In this document: in pieces, positions 19,512-28,977 of the stretch | Layout: each line of letters begins with the position of its first letter | Numbering within the stretch: position 1 is the first letter of the stretch | Source of the DNA: an uncultured Clostridia bacterium | GTDB taxonomy: Bacteria > Bacillota > Clostridia > Oscillospirales > JAAYOS01 | Reading direction: 5' to 3' | NCBI GenBank assembly: GCA_944386395.1 | Contig: CALXAZ010000145.1 | Coordinates: forward strand, 1 to 45,722 | Length of the DNA stretch: 45,722 bases | Notes under the pieces: model-generated | The model's database searches: none | The model's input: only the letters and a program-made list of their open reading frames with translations | What the model was told of the DNA's origin: nothing | Translations under genes and position numbers: made by a program

Positions 19512-20129
19512 ATGAACGTTATTTTGATAAACGGTAGCCCCAGAGCTAACGGATGCACCTATACCGGTCTCAGCATCATTAAGGAACAGCTCGCAGAAAA
19601 CGGGATTGATTCAACGATATATCAGGTCGGCAACAAGCCAGTTATCGGCTGTACCGCTTGTCTTGCCTGCAAAAAAACAGGAAAATGCATACACAACGAT
19701 GACCTTGTAAATACAGTTGCAGAGGCTATGAAAGACGCTGATGGTATCATTATTGGTTCCGCTGTCCATTATGCCTCCGCCACCGGCGCTGTAACCTCTT
19801 TTTTAGACCGGCTGTTTTATAGCATACCAAAGGAGTATCTTCGTCTTAAATTTGGAGCATGTATAGTCAGCTGCCGACGCGGCGGAGCAAGCGCCACCTT
19901 TGACCAGCTCAACAAATATTTTACCATTTCCCAGATGCCCGTCGTCTCCTCATCATACTGGAATCAGATACACGGCAATACCCCCGAGGAGGTCTACAAG
20001 GACGAGGAGGGAGTTCGTACGCTACGCACGCTTGCAAACAACATGGCATATCTGATAAAGTGCAAACACGCAAGCAACATCCAGATGCCCCAACCACTAA
20101 CAGGACCAATGACAAACTTTATACGGTAA
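19512..20129 (+). CDS. flavodoxin-like NAD(P)H-dependent FMN reductase, iron-sulfur flavoprotein type
   Basis: MNVILINGSPRANG N-terminus plus a compact Cys motif, C-TA-C-LA-C-KKTGK-C (CX2CX2CX5C). AAAGGAGG lies upstream. Confidence 0.75.
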   Translation: MNVILINGSPRANGCTYTGLSIIKEQLAENGIDSTIYQVGNKPVIGCTACLACKKTGKCIHNDDLVNTVAEAMKDADGIIIGSAVHYASATGAVTSFLDRLFYSIPKEYLRLKFGACIVSCRRGGASATFDQLNKYFTISQMPVVSSSYWNQIHGNTPEEVYKDEEGVRTLRTLANNMAYLIKCKHASNIQMPQPLTGPMTNFIR

Positions 20130-20149
20130 CCTCTTTTGACATTTAAAAT

Positions 20150-20183
20150 AAAAGGTCAGGCGCAATACTGCGCCTGACCTTTT
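20150..20183. terminator. bidirectional Rho-independent terminator
   Basis: AAAAGGTCAGGCGCA-ATAC-TGCGCCTGACCTTTT between convergent genes. Confidence 0.75.
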
Positions 20184-21222
20184 ATTTATTATTCAAGTTA
20201 TATTTTCCAACTGAGGTGCCCGTATAATACCACTCAAGTATCTCCTCAAAGCTCAATCCTTCAAGCGCACGCGCTCTTGCCCCATATTGGCTCATTCCAA
20301 CACCATGTCCATACCCATATGTTTTAAAAACCATATCGTTCCCATCCACTGTAAGGGTAAAGTTTGCTGAGAGCAGCCCGTATATGCTTCGGACGGTGCT
20401 CCCGCTTATCTCAACTCCCCCTATCTGCATTGTAATCACTCCGCCACTGTCGGAGCGAACAATATTTTTTGCCCACACCTCAGCCACTCCTGAAAAATCC
20501 GCCTCTGCAAAAACCTCAAGGAATTTCTCCTTAAATTCCTCTTGCGTCATGCGCACCTCCCCAGTATAGTTTGGAGATTCCTCCTCCCCTGGGCTGTCAA
20601 CGCTCCTGAGATATGGCACTTCGCTTCCCCATACGTCCTCCGAGTTTTCCGTCTGTCCGCTCGATGTGGAGTGAAACACGGCAAGTATCGGTTCCTCCGA
20701 ATAAAGCACTACAAGCCCATCAGTATCGCTCACGGCCGTGCGTGCCTCCTCTCCGACTGCTTCGGCAGTATATGCCTTACAATGCGAGGAATCGGTACAG
20801 ACATCCGCATCCTCATGCGCGCCCTTCCCCTCCAACGAATCGAGCATCCTACGATATGTAAACGTACGCGCCGCAACCGCCTGCGCCCTCAGCGCCTCCT
20901 GTGGAAAGTCTGATGGCATCTCCGCTGCTACGACTCCCGGCAAATATTCTGCAAGCGTCATCTCCTTTACCCCGTCAGGCATGCTGACGCGTACAATCAC
21001 CTCGCTGTCCGCACTGCCTTCTGTCTCCCGCACTGCGTCTGCCTGCACACTTGTCACTTCTGCCGTGCTCGCCTCGGTCGCCTCGCTTTCCTGCCTTGAA
21101 GCAGAGCTTTCCTCACTCTCCCTCTCCGGAAGCTTTATCAACGGCTCGTCTCTTACAGCAAACACCGGCAGGATAAACATCACTGTTGCCACCACAAGCG
21201 CCATTGCTATTATTCGTCTCAA
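20182..21222 (-). CDS. spoIID: stage II sporulation protein D (SpoIID/LytB domain)
   Basis: 346 aa with a TTG start 6 nt after AAGGAGGGG. It has an N-terminal transmembrane helix, an acidic linker and a SpoIID domain ending in GYGHGVGMSQYGA. Confidence 0.85.
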   Translation of the reverse strand: MRRIIAMALVVATVMFILPVFAVRDEPLIKLPERESEESSASRQESEATEASTAEVTSVQADAVRETEGSADSEVIVRVSMPDGVKEMTLAEYLPGVVAAEMPSDFPQEALRAQAVAARTFTYRRMLDSLEGKGAHEDADVCTDSSHCKAYTAEAVGEEARTAVSDTDGLVVLYSEEPILAVFHSTSSGQTENSEDVWGSEVPYLRSVDSPGEEESPNYTGEVRMTQEEFKEKFLEVFAEADFSGVAEVWAKNIVRSDSGGVITMQIGGVEISGSTVRSIYGLLSANFTLTVDGNDMVFKTYGYGHGVGMSQYGARARALEGLSFEEILEWYYTGTSVGKYNLNNK

Positions 21223-21344
21223 AATTTTCCCCTCCTTTGCATCTGTAAAATACCTATGCGCCTGCCTGTCCGAAAATTACTCTTGCAGTTTCTATTTTTT
21301 TAGGGTTAAATAATATACATAGTATATGACAGAGGTGAAAATGA

Positions 21345-22319
21345 ATGGATAATATAAATTGGCTCGATGTGTCTATTGAAACTACTTCGGATGGCATAGA
21401 TCCCGTATGTGCAAGGATTATCGCCCTCGGTATAGAGGGGATGCAGATAGAGGACTTTGAGGATTTTGAGGACTTCCTCGAAAATAACCGCCAGTACTGG
21501 GACTATGTAGACGAATCTCTGGTAGAACAGAAGAGAGGGGCGACAAAGGTAAAAGTCTACCTATCCGACAATCCCTCAGGATGGGATACACTGTCGCTTC
21601 TCCGCTCCGAGATCTCCGCTCTAAAAGCCGCAATGCCGGATGCGGATCTCGGCTCTCTGGAAATCACTGTAAACACCATACATCCAGAGGATTGGGAGAG
21701 CAACTGGAAACAGTACTATCACCCCACACCCATAGGCAAAAAGCTGCTGATAGTCCCGCAGTGGGAGGATATCCCACAGACAGATAGGGCTGTTTTTATC
21801 AACAACCCCGGCATGTCCTTTGGCACCGGCACTCATGCCTCCACCCGGCTTGCTCTCGAGTGCCTCGAAAAGAGAATAAAACCGGGCGACTCTATTATCG
21901 ATCTGGGCTGCGGCAGTGGGATACTGGCTATATGCGGGCTACTTATGGGGGGGAGCTTTGCAGATGCCGTTGACATCGACCCAAACGCTGCCGAAGTGAC
22001 ACAGCGGAACGCTGAGCTCAACGGTATAGGGCGCGACAGGCTTTGCACATATGCTGGCAACATACTCACAGACATGTCGCTTGCCGAAAGGATGGGCAAC
22101 AAGGTATATGACATAGTGCTGGCAAATATTATTGCTGATGTAATAGTGCAGCTTCCCGACATCGTAAGGCGGATGATAAAGCCCGGAGGGATATTTATTT
22201 CGTCAGGTATAATCGAGGGAAGGCTCGGCGATGTGCTGGCTGCACTTAATAAGGGTGGATTTACGGTGCTCGAAACCCTTTCAGACGATGGCTGGTCGAG
22301 CGTCACCGCAACAATATAG
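21345..22319 (+). CDS. prmA: ribosomal protein L11 methyltransferase
   Basis: 324 aa with a PrmA-type N-terminal domain, FGTGTHASTRL and the IDLGCGSGILA SAM-binding motif. Confidence 0.9.
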   Translation: MDNINWLDVSIETTSDGIDPVCARIIALGIEGMQIEDFEDFEDFLENNRQYWDYVDESLVEQKRGATKVKVYLSDNPSGWDTLSLLRSEISALKAAMPDADLGSLEITVNTIHPEDWESNWKQYYHPTPIGKKLLIVPQWEDIPQTDRAVFINNPGMSFGTGTHASTRLALECLEKRIKPGDSIIDLGCGSGILAICGLLMGGSFADAVDIDPNAAEVTQRNAELNGIGRDRLCTYAGNILTDMSLAERMGNKVYDIVLANIIADVIVQLPDIVRRMIKPGGIFISSGIIEGRLGDVLAALNKGGFTVLETLSDDGWSSVTATI

Positions 22320-22443
22320 CGCGGAAGATATAATCCCGCGCCATCTTTACCTCAAAAGCACACAATATTTTACAAATTTTGCTATTTGTAGAGCTATATC
22401 TTCCTATTCCCAATATTTTTTATCTTTTATTCGCCTAAACCTA

Positions 22444-22472
22444 TTACAATTAGCGTTAATATATGTTATAAT
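22444..22472 (+). promoter_or_regulatory. sigma-A type promoter of the rnf operon
   Basis: TTACAA (22444-22449), a 17-nt spacer, then TATAAT (22467-22472). It leaves a leader of about 100 nt. Confidence 0.6.
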
Positions 22473-22574
22473 AACCAATGGTTTTTAAATTTTACTGCAT
22501 TTTTTGTCAATTTTTTAACATATTTTATCTTGCAGTGCATATGCGCCTGCAAATTACTTAAAGAGGTGAACAAA

Positions 22575-23900
22575 ATGGCTCTTACCTTCCGTGGCGGAAT
22601 ACACCCGGACGACCGAAAGGACGCCACAAAAAAGAAGCCTATCGAAAACCTCGCCCCGCCAGAGACCGTCGTTATTCCGATGTCAATGCACATCGGGGCT
22701 CCATGTACTCCGACAGTCTCTGTGGGCGATACAGTGAAGATAGGCACTGTCATCGGGGACAGCTCTGCGCCACTGTCAGCCCCGATACACGCTTCAGTCT
22801 CAGGCACTGTAACGGCAGTCGAGCCGCGCCTTCATCCAAACGGATCGCGCGTCATGTCGGTAGTTATAGCAAATGACTATGAAAATACCATCGACCAGTC
22901 TGTCTGCCCGAAGGGCTCGTTTGAGTCGCTGTCGCCAGAGGACATAATCTCCATTGTACGCAATGCCGGCATCGTGGGTCTTGGCGGAGCAGGTTTCCCC
23001 ACCCATGTAAAGATAAGCTCGGGGCTCGGCAAGGTCGACACATTGATAATAAACTGCGCCGAATGTGAGCCATACATCACTTCAAATTACCGCGCCATGA
23101 TTGAAACTCCGGAGGAAATAATCGGAGGCATACGCATCCTTATGAAGGCATTTGGGTTGTCCTCCGCCGTCATCGGGATAGAATCCAACAAGCTCGATGC
23201 CATACCCTCCCTCGAAAAGGCACTGCCCTCCGGCGGGGGTGGAATTAAAATCAAGACCCTCAAAACAAAATATCCTCAAGGCGGCGAAAAACAGCTTATA
23301 TATTCGCTGACAAAGCGCGAGGTTCCACCCGGAGGGCTGCCGGCTGCCGTTGGCTGCGCGGTGTTTAATCCCGACACATGCGCTGCGATATATCAGGCCG
23401 TCACGACCGGTATGCCCCTTGTCAGCCGCGTAGTCACAGTTTCCGGTTCTGCCATTGCAAACCCGAAAAACCTGCGCTGCCCCGTTGGCACAATGGTCTC
23501 CGACCTTGTGACAGCGTGCGGCGGATTTAAGGAGGAGCCATACAAGATAATCGCGGGAGGACCCATGATGGGAAGCGCCTTACAGGGCGTAGACCTTCCG
23601 ATAATAAAAAGCTCGAACTCTATCCTCTCCTTCTGTGGAAACGAGGACACATCGGTTGCCGAGCCACAGTGCATCCGCTGTGGGCGCTGCGTTTCTGTAT
23701 GCCCGATGAACCTCATGCCAATCTATATCCGCATGTACTATGAAAAGGAGCGGTATGACGAGCTTGAAAAGCTCAACGTCTCAGACTGTATAGAGTGCGG
23801 CTCGTGCGCATACGTATGTCCTGGGCGGCTCTTCCTCACGCAGACCTGCCGCGTGGCAAAGGCACGGCTTGCGGAATACAAAAAGAAAGGAGCAAACTGA
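22575..23900 (+). CDS. rnfC: Rnf electron transport complex subunit C
   Basis: MALTFRGGIHP start with an AGAGGTG SD. It has a GLGGAGFPT NADH/FMN-type motif and two CxxCxxCxxxCP ferredoxin motifs. Confidence 0.92.
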   Translation: MALTFRGGIHPDDRKDATKKKPIENLAPPETVVIPMSMHIGAPCTPTVSVGDTVKIGTVIGDSSAPLSAPIHASVSGTVTAVEPRLHPNGSRVMSVVIANDYENTIDQSVCPKGSFESLSPEDIISIVRNAGIVGLGGAGFPTHVKISSGLGKVDTLIINCAECEPYITSNYRAMIETPEEIIGGIRILMKAFGLSSAVIGIESNKLDAIPSLEKALPSGGGGIKIKTLKTKYPQGGEKQLIYSLTKREVPPGGLPAAVGCAVFNPDTCAAIYQAVTTGMPLVSRVVTVSGSAIANPKNLRCPVGTMVSDLVTACGGFKEEPYKIIAGGPMMGSALQGVDLPIIKSSNSILSFCGNEDTSVAEPQCIRCGRCVSVCPMNLMPIYIRMYYEKERYDELEKLNVSDCIECGSCAYVCPGRLFLTQTCRVAKARLAEYKKKGAN

Positions 23901-24898
23901 TGGCTATCGATAAACAGCTAATAGTTTCCTCCTCCCCTCATGTCGGGACAACGGAGGACACCCGCTCGATAATGCTCGATGTGATAATCGCGCTTGTTCC
24001 CGCGCTTGTGGTATCTATATTCTTCTTTGGCTTGCGCGCCCTGACAATCACTCTTGTGACTGTCGCCGCCGCTGTCGCCGCAGAATACCTCTACCGCAAG
24101 CTTATGAAAAAATCATCTTCCATCGGCGACCTCAGCGCTGTAGTTACCGGAATACTTCTCGCCTTTAACCTGCCCTCCTCCGCTCCGTACTGGATGTGCA
24201 TAGTGGGCGCTGTATTTGCAATAGTTATTGTCAAGCAGCTATATGGCGGGATCGGCATGAACTTTATGAACCCCGCTCTTGCGGCAAGAGCTTTCCTTTT
24301 TTCATGGCCGGCGCTGATGAGCAAATGGCCCGCTGTCTTTGAGAAAGCACCACTATGGGGCTCGACGGCGGATACCGTCACCTCCGCTACACCTCTTGTC
24401 GCCCTGAAAAACGGTACCCTGCCCGACTACTCTATTCTCGAGCTCTTCCTGGGGCAGCACGGTGGCTGTCTTGGCGAGACTTCTGCCGTAGTCCTTTTGC
24501 TTGGTGGGGTATATCTGGTGCTGAGAAAGGTCATAACACCCCGGATACCGCTCTGCTACATAGGCACGGTGGCTCTGCTGACATTTATCTTCCCTCGAGG
24601 CGAGGTGAGCAACCTCGACTGGATGCTCTACAACGTCCTTTCAGGCGGGCTTATACTTGGTGCCATATTCATGGCCACCGACTATTCTACCTCCCCTGTT
24701 ACAAAAAAAGGGCAGGTCATATTTGGCATAGGATGCGGACTGCTCACCGTATTTATCCGTTATTTCGGCTCCTACGCCGAAGGTGTGAGCTATTCAATAC
24801 TCATTATGAACGCATGCGTGTGGGTTATCGACAGGGCTTCCCGCCCGCGCCGTTATGGCGTTAACCGCTTTGCGAGAAAGGCGGCTGAAAAGAAATGA
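23900..24898 (+). CDS. rnfD: Rnf complex subunit D
   Basis: The ATG overlaps the rnfC TGA (TGATG). It is a polytopic NqrB/RnfD-type protein with the TSATPL flavinylation-type motif. Confidence 0.92.
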   Translation: MAIDKQLIVSSSPHVGTTEDTRSIMLDVIIALVPALVVSIFFFGLRALTITLVTVAAAVAAEYLYRKLMKKSSSIGDLSAVVTGILLAFNLPSSAPYWMCIVGAVFAIVIVKQLYGGIGMNFMNPALAARAFLFSWPALMSKWPAVFEKAPLWGSTADTVTSATPLVALKNGTLPDYSILELFLGQHGGCLGETSAVVLLLGGVYLVLRKVITPRIPLCYIGTVALLTFIFPRGEVSNLDWMLYNVLSGGLILGAIFMATDYSTSPVTKKGQVIFGIGCGLLTVFIRYFGSYAEGVSYSILIMNACVWVIDRASRPRRYGVNRFARKAAEKK

Positions 24899-25464
24899 AC
24901 ATCATCACATCAAATTCCAGATATATCGTCAGGCTTACGCTCACCCTGTTTATCATAACGGCAATAGTGGCACTGATGCTTGCGGGGGTAAACGCTGTGA
25001 CTGTTGACCGGATAGCGCAGCTTGAGCTGGAAGCTAAAAACGCGGCAATGGCAGAGGTTATGCCAGACACGACGATAGACGAGTCAAAGACGATTGAAAA
25101 CGAGGATTCTACTGTCTATTACGCGATGAGAGAGGGCGAGCTTGCCGGTTTCTGCGTTGAAGTTGCGCCGTCCGGCTTTGGCGGCGAAATATCAATGATT
25201 GTAGGAGTGGATATGGGCTACAAGGTGACAGGTATCTCGATAATATCCATGTCTGAGACTCCCGGTCTTGGTACCCGGGCACAGGAACCTGATTTCCTCA
25301 ACCAGTTTGTCGGCAGGGGTGACTCTGCTCCTTTCGAGGTCGGCTCTTCTGGCGAAGGCTCGATAGATGCCATTTCTGCCGCGACAATCACCTCAAAGGC
25401 TGTGACACTTGGCGTTAACACTGCGCTCGACGCGGCGGCAGATGCCATAAACAGAGGGGAGTGA
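24895..25464 (+). CDS. rnfG: Rnf complex subunit G (FMN-binding)
   Basis: ATGA overlap with rnfD. It has an N-terminal transmembrane helix, an FMN_bind domain and the ISAATITS motif. Confidence 0.9.
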   Translation: MNIITSNSRYIVRLTLTLFIITAIVALMLAGVNAVTVDRIAQLELEAKNAAMAEVMPDTTIDESKTIENEDSTVYYAMREGELAGFCVEVAPSGFGGEISMIVGVDMGYKVTGISIISMSETPGLGTRAQEPDFLNQFVGRGDSAPFEVGSSGEGSIDAISAATITSKAVTLGVNTALDAAADAINRGE

Positions 25465-25469
25465 GCACA

Positions 25470-26087
25470 ATGAAAGAAACTATACAGCAATTTAAAAACG
25501 GAATATGGTATCAGAACCCTGTGCTTGTCCTTCTTCTTGGCATGTGCTCCACTCTTGCCACGACAACTTCCGTCATCAACGGGCTTGGCATGGGAGTGTC
25601 CACCACTATCGTCCTCATCTGCTCAAACGTGGTAATTTCGCTTCTCCGTAAAGTGATACCAAACCAGATAAGAATAGCCTCATACATAGTTATCGTTGCA
25701 GGCTTTGTCTCTGCGATAGACATGCTTTTGCAGGCCTTTCTGCCTGACATATCAAATTCACTTGGTATCTTTATACCCCTTATAGTTGTCAACTGCATAA
25801 TCCTTGCCCGGGCAGAGGCATTCGCCTCTAAAAACGGTCCCTTCCGCTCTGCAATAGACGGGCTTTCGATGGGTATAGGGTTTACATTCGCGCTGTTTAT
25901 AATGTCTACCATCCGCGAGATACTTGGCAACGGCAGTTTCCTTGGTATTGATATCACCTTTGGCGTATATCAGCCCGCGCTGCTGATGATAATGCCTGTG
26001 GGCGGCTTCCTCACGCTGGGCTGCGTCATTGCCGCAATGCAGAAGATATCTAACCGCTCTAAAGAGAAAGGAGGCAGCTCGAAATGA
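25470..26087 (+). CDS. rnfE: Rnf complex subunit E
   Basis: The ATG at 25470 follows AGAGGGGAG. The polytopic NqrD/RnfE-type sequence contains NPVLVLLLGMCSTLA. Confidence 0.9.
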   Translation: MKETIQQFKNGIWYQNPVLVLLLGMCSTLATTTSVINGLGMGVSTTIVLICSNVVISLLRKVIPNQIRIASYIVIVAGFVSAIDMLLQAFLPDISNSLGIFIPLIVVNCIILARAEAFASKNGPFRSAIDGLSMGIGFTFALFIMSTIREILGNGSFLGIDITFGVYQPALLMIMPVGGFLTLGCVIAAMQKISNRSKEKGGSSK

Positions 26088-26674
26088 GTTTTACTTCTCT
26101 TTTTTCGATCGCGCTCGGAGCTATACTGGTAGAAAACTATATCCTTGTACAGTTCCTTGGCATATGTCCTTTCCTCGGCGTCTCCAAAAAAACCGACACC
26201 GCTTTCGGAATGAGCATGGCAGTCATATTTGTCATGGCAGTCGCTTCGGCTGTTACGTGGCTTGTAAATAACTTTCTGCTTGAAAGGCTCGGGCTTCAGT
26301 TTATGCAGACGGTTGCTTTTATACTGGTTATTGCGGCTCTTGTCCAGTTTGTCGAAATGTTTTTACAGAAGGCAATGCCGGCGCTTTACCAGTCGCTGGG
26401 GATATACCTCCCTCTCATCACGACAAACTGCGCCGTGCTAGGCGTTGCGCTTCTCAATGTCCAGTCCGGCTATAATTTCATTGAGGCAGTTATAAATGGC
26501 ACTGCCGCCGCTGTGGGCTTTTCGCTTGCGTTGATGCTGTTTGCATCGATCCGTGAACGGCTCGAATTTGCAGAGTATCCAAAGTCGTTTGAAGGATTTC
26601 CCATCGCCCTTATCACGGCAGCGCTACTTGCTATATCATTTATGGGATTTTCCGGTCTGGAGGTGTTCAAATGA
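26084..26674 (+). CDS. rnfA: Rnf complex subunit A
   Basis: ATGA overlap with rnfE. The NqrE/RnfA-type sequence contains ENYILVQFLGICPFLG. Confidence 0.9.
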   Translation: MSFTSLFSIALGAILVENYILVQFLGICPFLGVSKKTDTAFGMSMAVIFVMAVASAVTWLVNNFLLERLGLQFMQTVAFILVIAALVQFVEMFLQKAMPALYQSLGIYLPLITTNCAVLGVALLNVQSGYNFIEAVINGTAAAVGFSLALMLFASIRERLEFAEYPKSFEGFPIALITAALLAISFMGFSGLEVFK

Positions 26675-27507
26675 ACAGTATAATTAGCGCGGTACTGGTT
26701 TTGGGTGTACTGGGGGCTGTTTTTGGGCTGATACTCGCTGTGGCTTCAAAGGTATTTGAGGTCGAAAAAAACGAGCTTCTTGAGCCCGTGATGGACGCCC
26801 TGCCCGGCGCAAACTGTGGCGGCTGTGGCTTTGCCGGATGCTCTACATGCGCACAGGCGATCATAGACGGGAAGGCTCCGCCGAATGCCTGCCCTGTGGG
26901 AGGCGAGGCTTCTGCTGAAAAAATCGCTGCTCTGCTCGGTCTTGAAATGAACAAAAATACTCGTCTTTCCGCCTTTGTAAACTGCTCCGGCGGAAACAAC
27001 GCGGTAAAGAAATATCAGTATCTCGGTCTCAAGGACTGCCACGCCGCAATGAAAATCGCCGGCGGTCCGACAGAATGTGCATATGGCTGTATTGGTCTTG
27101 GAAGCTGCGTAAGCGCATGTATGTTTGGCGCTCTCAGCATACAAAACGGGGTTGCAAAGGTGGATCATGAAAAATGCACCGGTTGCCTGAGATGCGTAGA
27201 AGCATGCCCTAAGCAGATAATCCATCCAGTCCCTTACTATGCCGATGTCAACGTGGCGTGCTCGTCACACGAACGCGGTGCGGTCCTTCGCAAAATATGC
27301 AACATAGGCTGCCTTGGATGTAAGATATGTGAGCGCACCTGCCAGCACGATGCAATACATGTAGTTGACAACCTCGCCGTTATCGATTATGACAAGTGTA
27401 TCGGCTGCGGTGAGTGTGCGCTAAAATGTCCGCGTCATCTTATTTCAGATGCCAACCTCGACCGTACCCCGCATGTCAGCTCGGTTGACAAAGCAGCAAA
27501 TTCGTAA
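26671..27507 (+). CDS. rnfB: Rnf complex subunit B (polyferredoxin)
   Basis: ATGA overlap with rnfA. It has an N-terminal transmembrane helix, a CGGCGFAGC region and several CxxCxxCxxxCP motifs. Confidence 0.9.
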   Translation: MNSIISAVLVLGVLGAVFGLILAVASKVFEVEKNELLEPVMDALPGANCGGCGFAGCSTCAQAIIDGKAPPNACPVGGEASAEKIAALLGLEMNKNTRLSAFVNCSGGNNAVKKYQYLGLKDCHAAMKIAGGPTECAYGCIGLGSCVSACMFGALSIQNGVAKVDHEKCTGCLRCVEACPKQIIHPVPYYADVNVACSSHERGAVLRKICNIGCLGCKICERTCQHDAIHVVDNLAVIDYDKCIGCGECALKCPRHLISDANLDRTPHVSSVDKAANS

Positions 27508-27513
27508 TAAAAT

Positions 27514-27540
27514 AAAAGCCGCAGCAGCGGCTTTTATTTT
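27514..27540 (+). terminator. Rho-independent terminator of rnf operon
   Basis: AAAAGCCGC-AGCA-GCGGCTTTT followed by ATTTT. Confidence 0.75.
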
Positions 27541-27566
27541 ATATTTCAGATTATATTTTTAAATAA

Positions 27567-28772
27567 ATGTGCAAGATAAAAACAAAAGGGGTGATAAAAA
27601 TTCGCGGTTACAGCAACTATCGCGGCAGAAACAGCTTTAGGAGCCGTTTTCTATTTGTTCTCATCATTATATTTGCCGCGGCGGCAGTGATATTTGCGGG
27701 AAACCGCTTGCTGTTTTCCTCCGACGGAGGGCTGTTGGCAAAGCTTTTTGACCAGCAGGAGGAACAGACAGACCCTCCTGCCCTGATAATCGTTCCATCC
27801 ACCGAGAGCTCAAGTGAAACCGTCCCCTCGTCCGAGGCTACAACCCTGCCGGAAGAACCCATCGAAGGCTCTGCATACCTCCGCAGCATTTATCTCCCTG
27901 ATGCAACAAACAGCGAAGCTCTCGAAACAGCTCTTGAGCTTGCTGCAAATGGCTCTATTAACGCCGTTGTCATTGACATGAAACACGACGACGGGACGCT
28001 TGCTTATATTTCAGAGACCGACTTTGCCGTAACAGCAGGGGTAAACCCTGAAGATGACGAGAGCGTCCGCTCTTCTATTGCCTCTCTTAAGGACGCTGGG
28101 CTCCATCTGATTGCCCGCGTATCCGCATTTAAAGATAATATTGTGCCACGGAAAATACAATATTCCTCCGTACATGTGCGTTCTGGAGTGATATGGCTCG
28201 ATTATAATTATCACACATGGCTTGACCCGTACAGCCAAAGCGCCTGCGAATATATATCCTCTGTTTCCGCAGAGCTATGCGAGCTCGGCTTCGACGAAAT
28301 ATTGCTCGATCACGTGCAGTTTCCCACAGTCGGCAAAACAAACCTGCTATATTATGAGGACGAAGCCACAATATCGCGGGAAGAAGCAATTTCCTCCTTT
28401 CTCGATATGGCAGGCAGGTCTGTGGTCGATGCAGGAGGTACCCTTTCTGTGATGCTCGATGGAGACATTGTCTACTCAGATATCGATGGCAGCGGGCAAG
28501 AGCTTTCCACCCTAGCAAATCTCTCTAACAGGCTGTATTTTACCCGCCCAGAGAATGATGCATCAACAGACGAACCGTTTATTCCGGCTCTGGAAGCTGC
28601 GGAAATATCTGATGCAGTAGTAGCGGTGACCCTGGACGGATCTGAGACTGCGGACGAAATCTCCGAGCTGATAGATTCCCTCGAGTCTGTGCCCACCGGA
28701 AATACCTTTTCTGAGTTAGAAAGCATCTCTGGATGGCTTCTACTTGGCAGTGGTCTATATGACATTGAATAA
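27567..28772 (+). CDS. DUF4015-like putative glycoside-hydrolase-fold protein, membrane anchored
   Basis: 401-aa ORF with an N-terminal transmembrane helix. The segment NAVVIDMKHDDGTLAY...ARVSAFKD...WLDPY...GFDEILLDHVQFP resembles the putative glycosyl hydrolase DUF4015 family (from memory). The start codon is uncertain. Confidence 0.55.
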   Translation: MCKIKTKGVIKIRGYSNYRGRNSFRSRFLFVLIIIFAAAAVIFAGNRLLFSSDGGLLAKLFDQQEEQTDPPALIIVPSTESSSETVPSSEATTLPEEPIEGSAYLRSIYLPDATNSEALETALELAANGSINAVVIDMKHDDGTLAYISETDFAVTAGVNPEDDESVRSSIASLKDAGLHLIARVSAFKDNIVPRKIQYSSVHVRSGVIWLDYNYHTWLDPYSQSACEYISSVSAELCELGFDEILLDHVQFPTVGKTNLLYYEDEATISREEAISSFLDMAGRSVVDAGGTLSVMLDGDIVYSDIDGSGQELSTLANLSNRLYFTRPENDASTDEPFIPALEAAEISDAVVAVTLDGSETADEISELIDSLESVPTGNTFSELESISGWLLLGSGLYDIE

Positions 28773-28778
28773 TCTTTT

Positions 28779-28801
28779 CCCCGCCCCGGCGGGGAATTTT
28801 T
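28779..28801 (+). terminator. Rho-independent terminator
   Basis: CCCCGC-CCCG-GCGGGG followed by AATTTTT. Confidence 0.6.
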
Positions 28802-28853
28802 CTCCCCTTTTTCCTATTTTATACGCTTAAGTTCTCTCCAATGTTTGGAAAAC

Positions 28854-28882
28854 TTGCTTTTTGGGCAAGATTGTGTTATACT
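28854..28882 (+). promoter_or_regulatory. sigma-A type promoter with extended -10
   Basis: TTGCTT (28854-28859), a 17-nt spacer ending in TGt, then TATACT (28877-28882). Confidence 0.5.
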
Positions 28883-28977
28883 GACTGCCGTGTTGGCAAA
28901 AAACTGTTACTTTCGCTTTACTAACTTGCCGTACGGAGTAATTTCATATCTACACTGCGAAAAGATTGGAGTTTACT

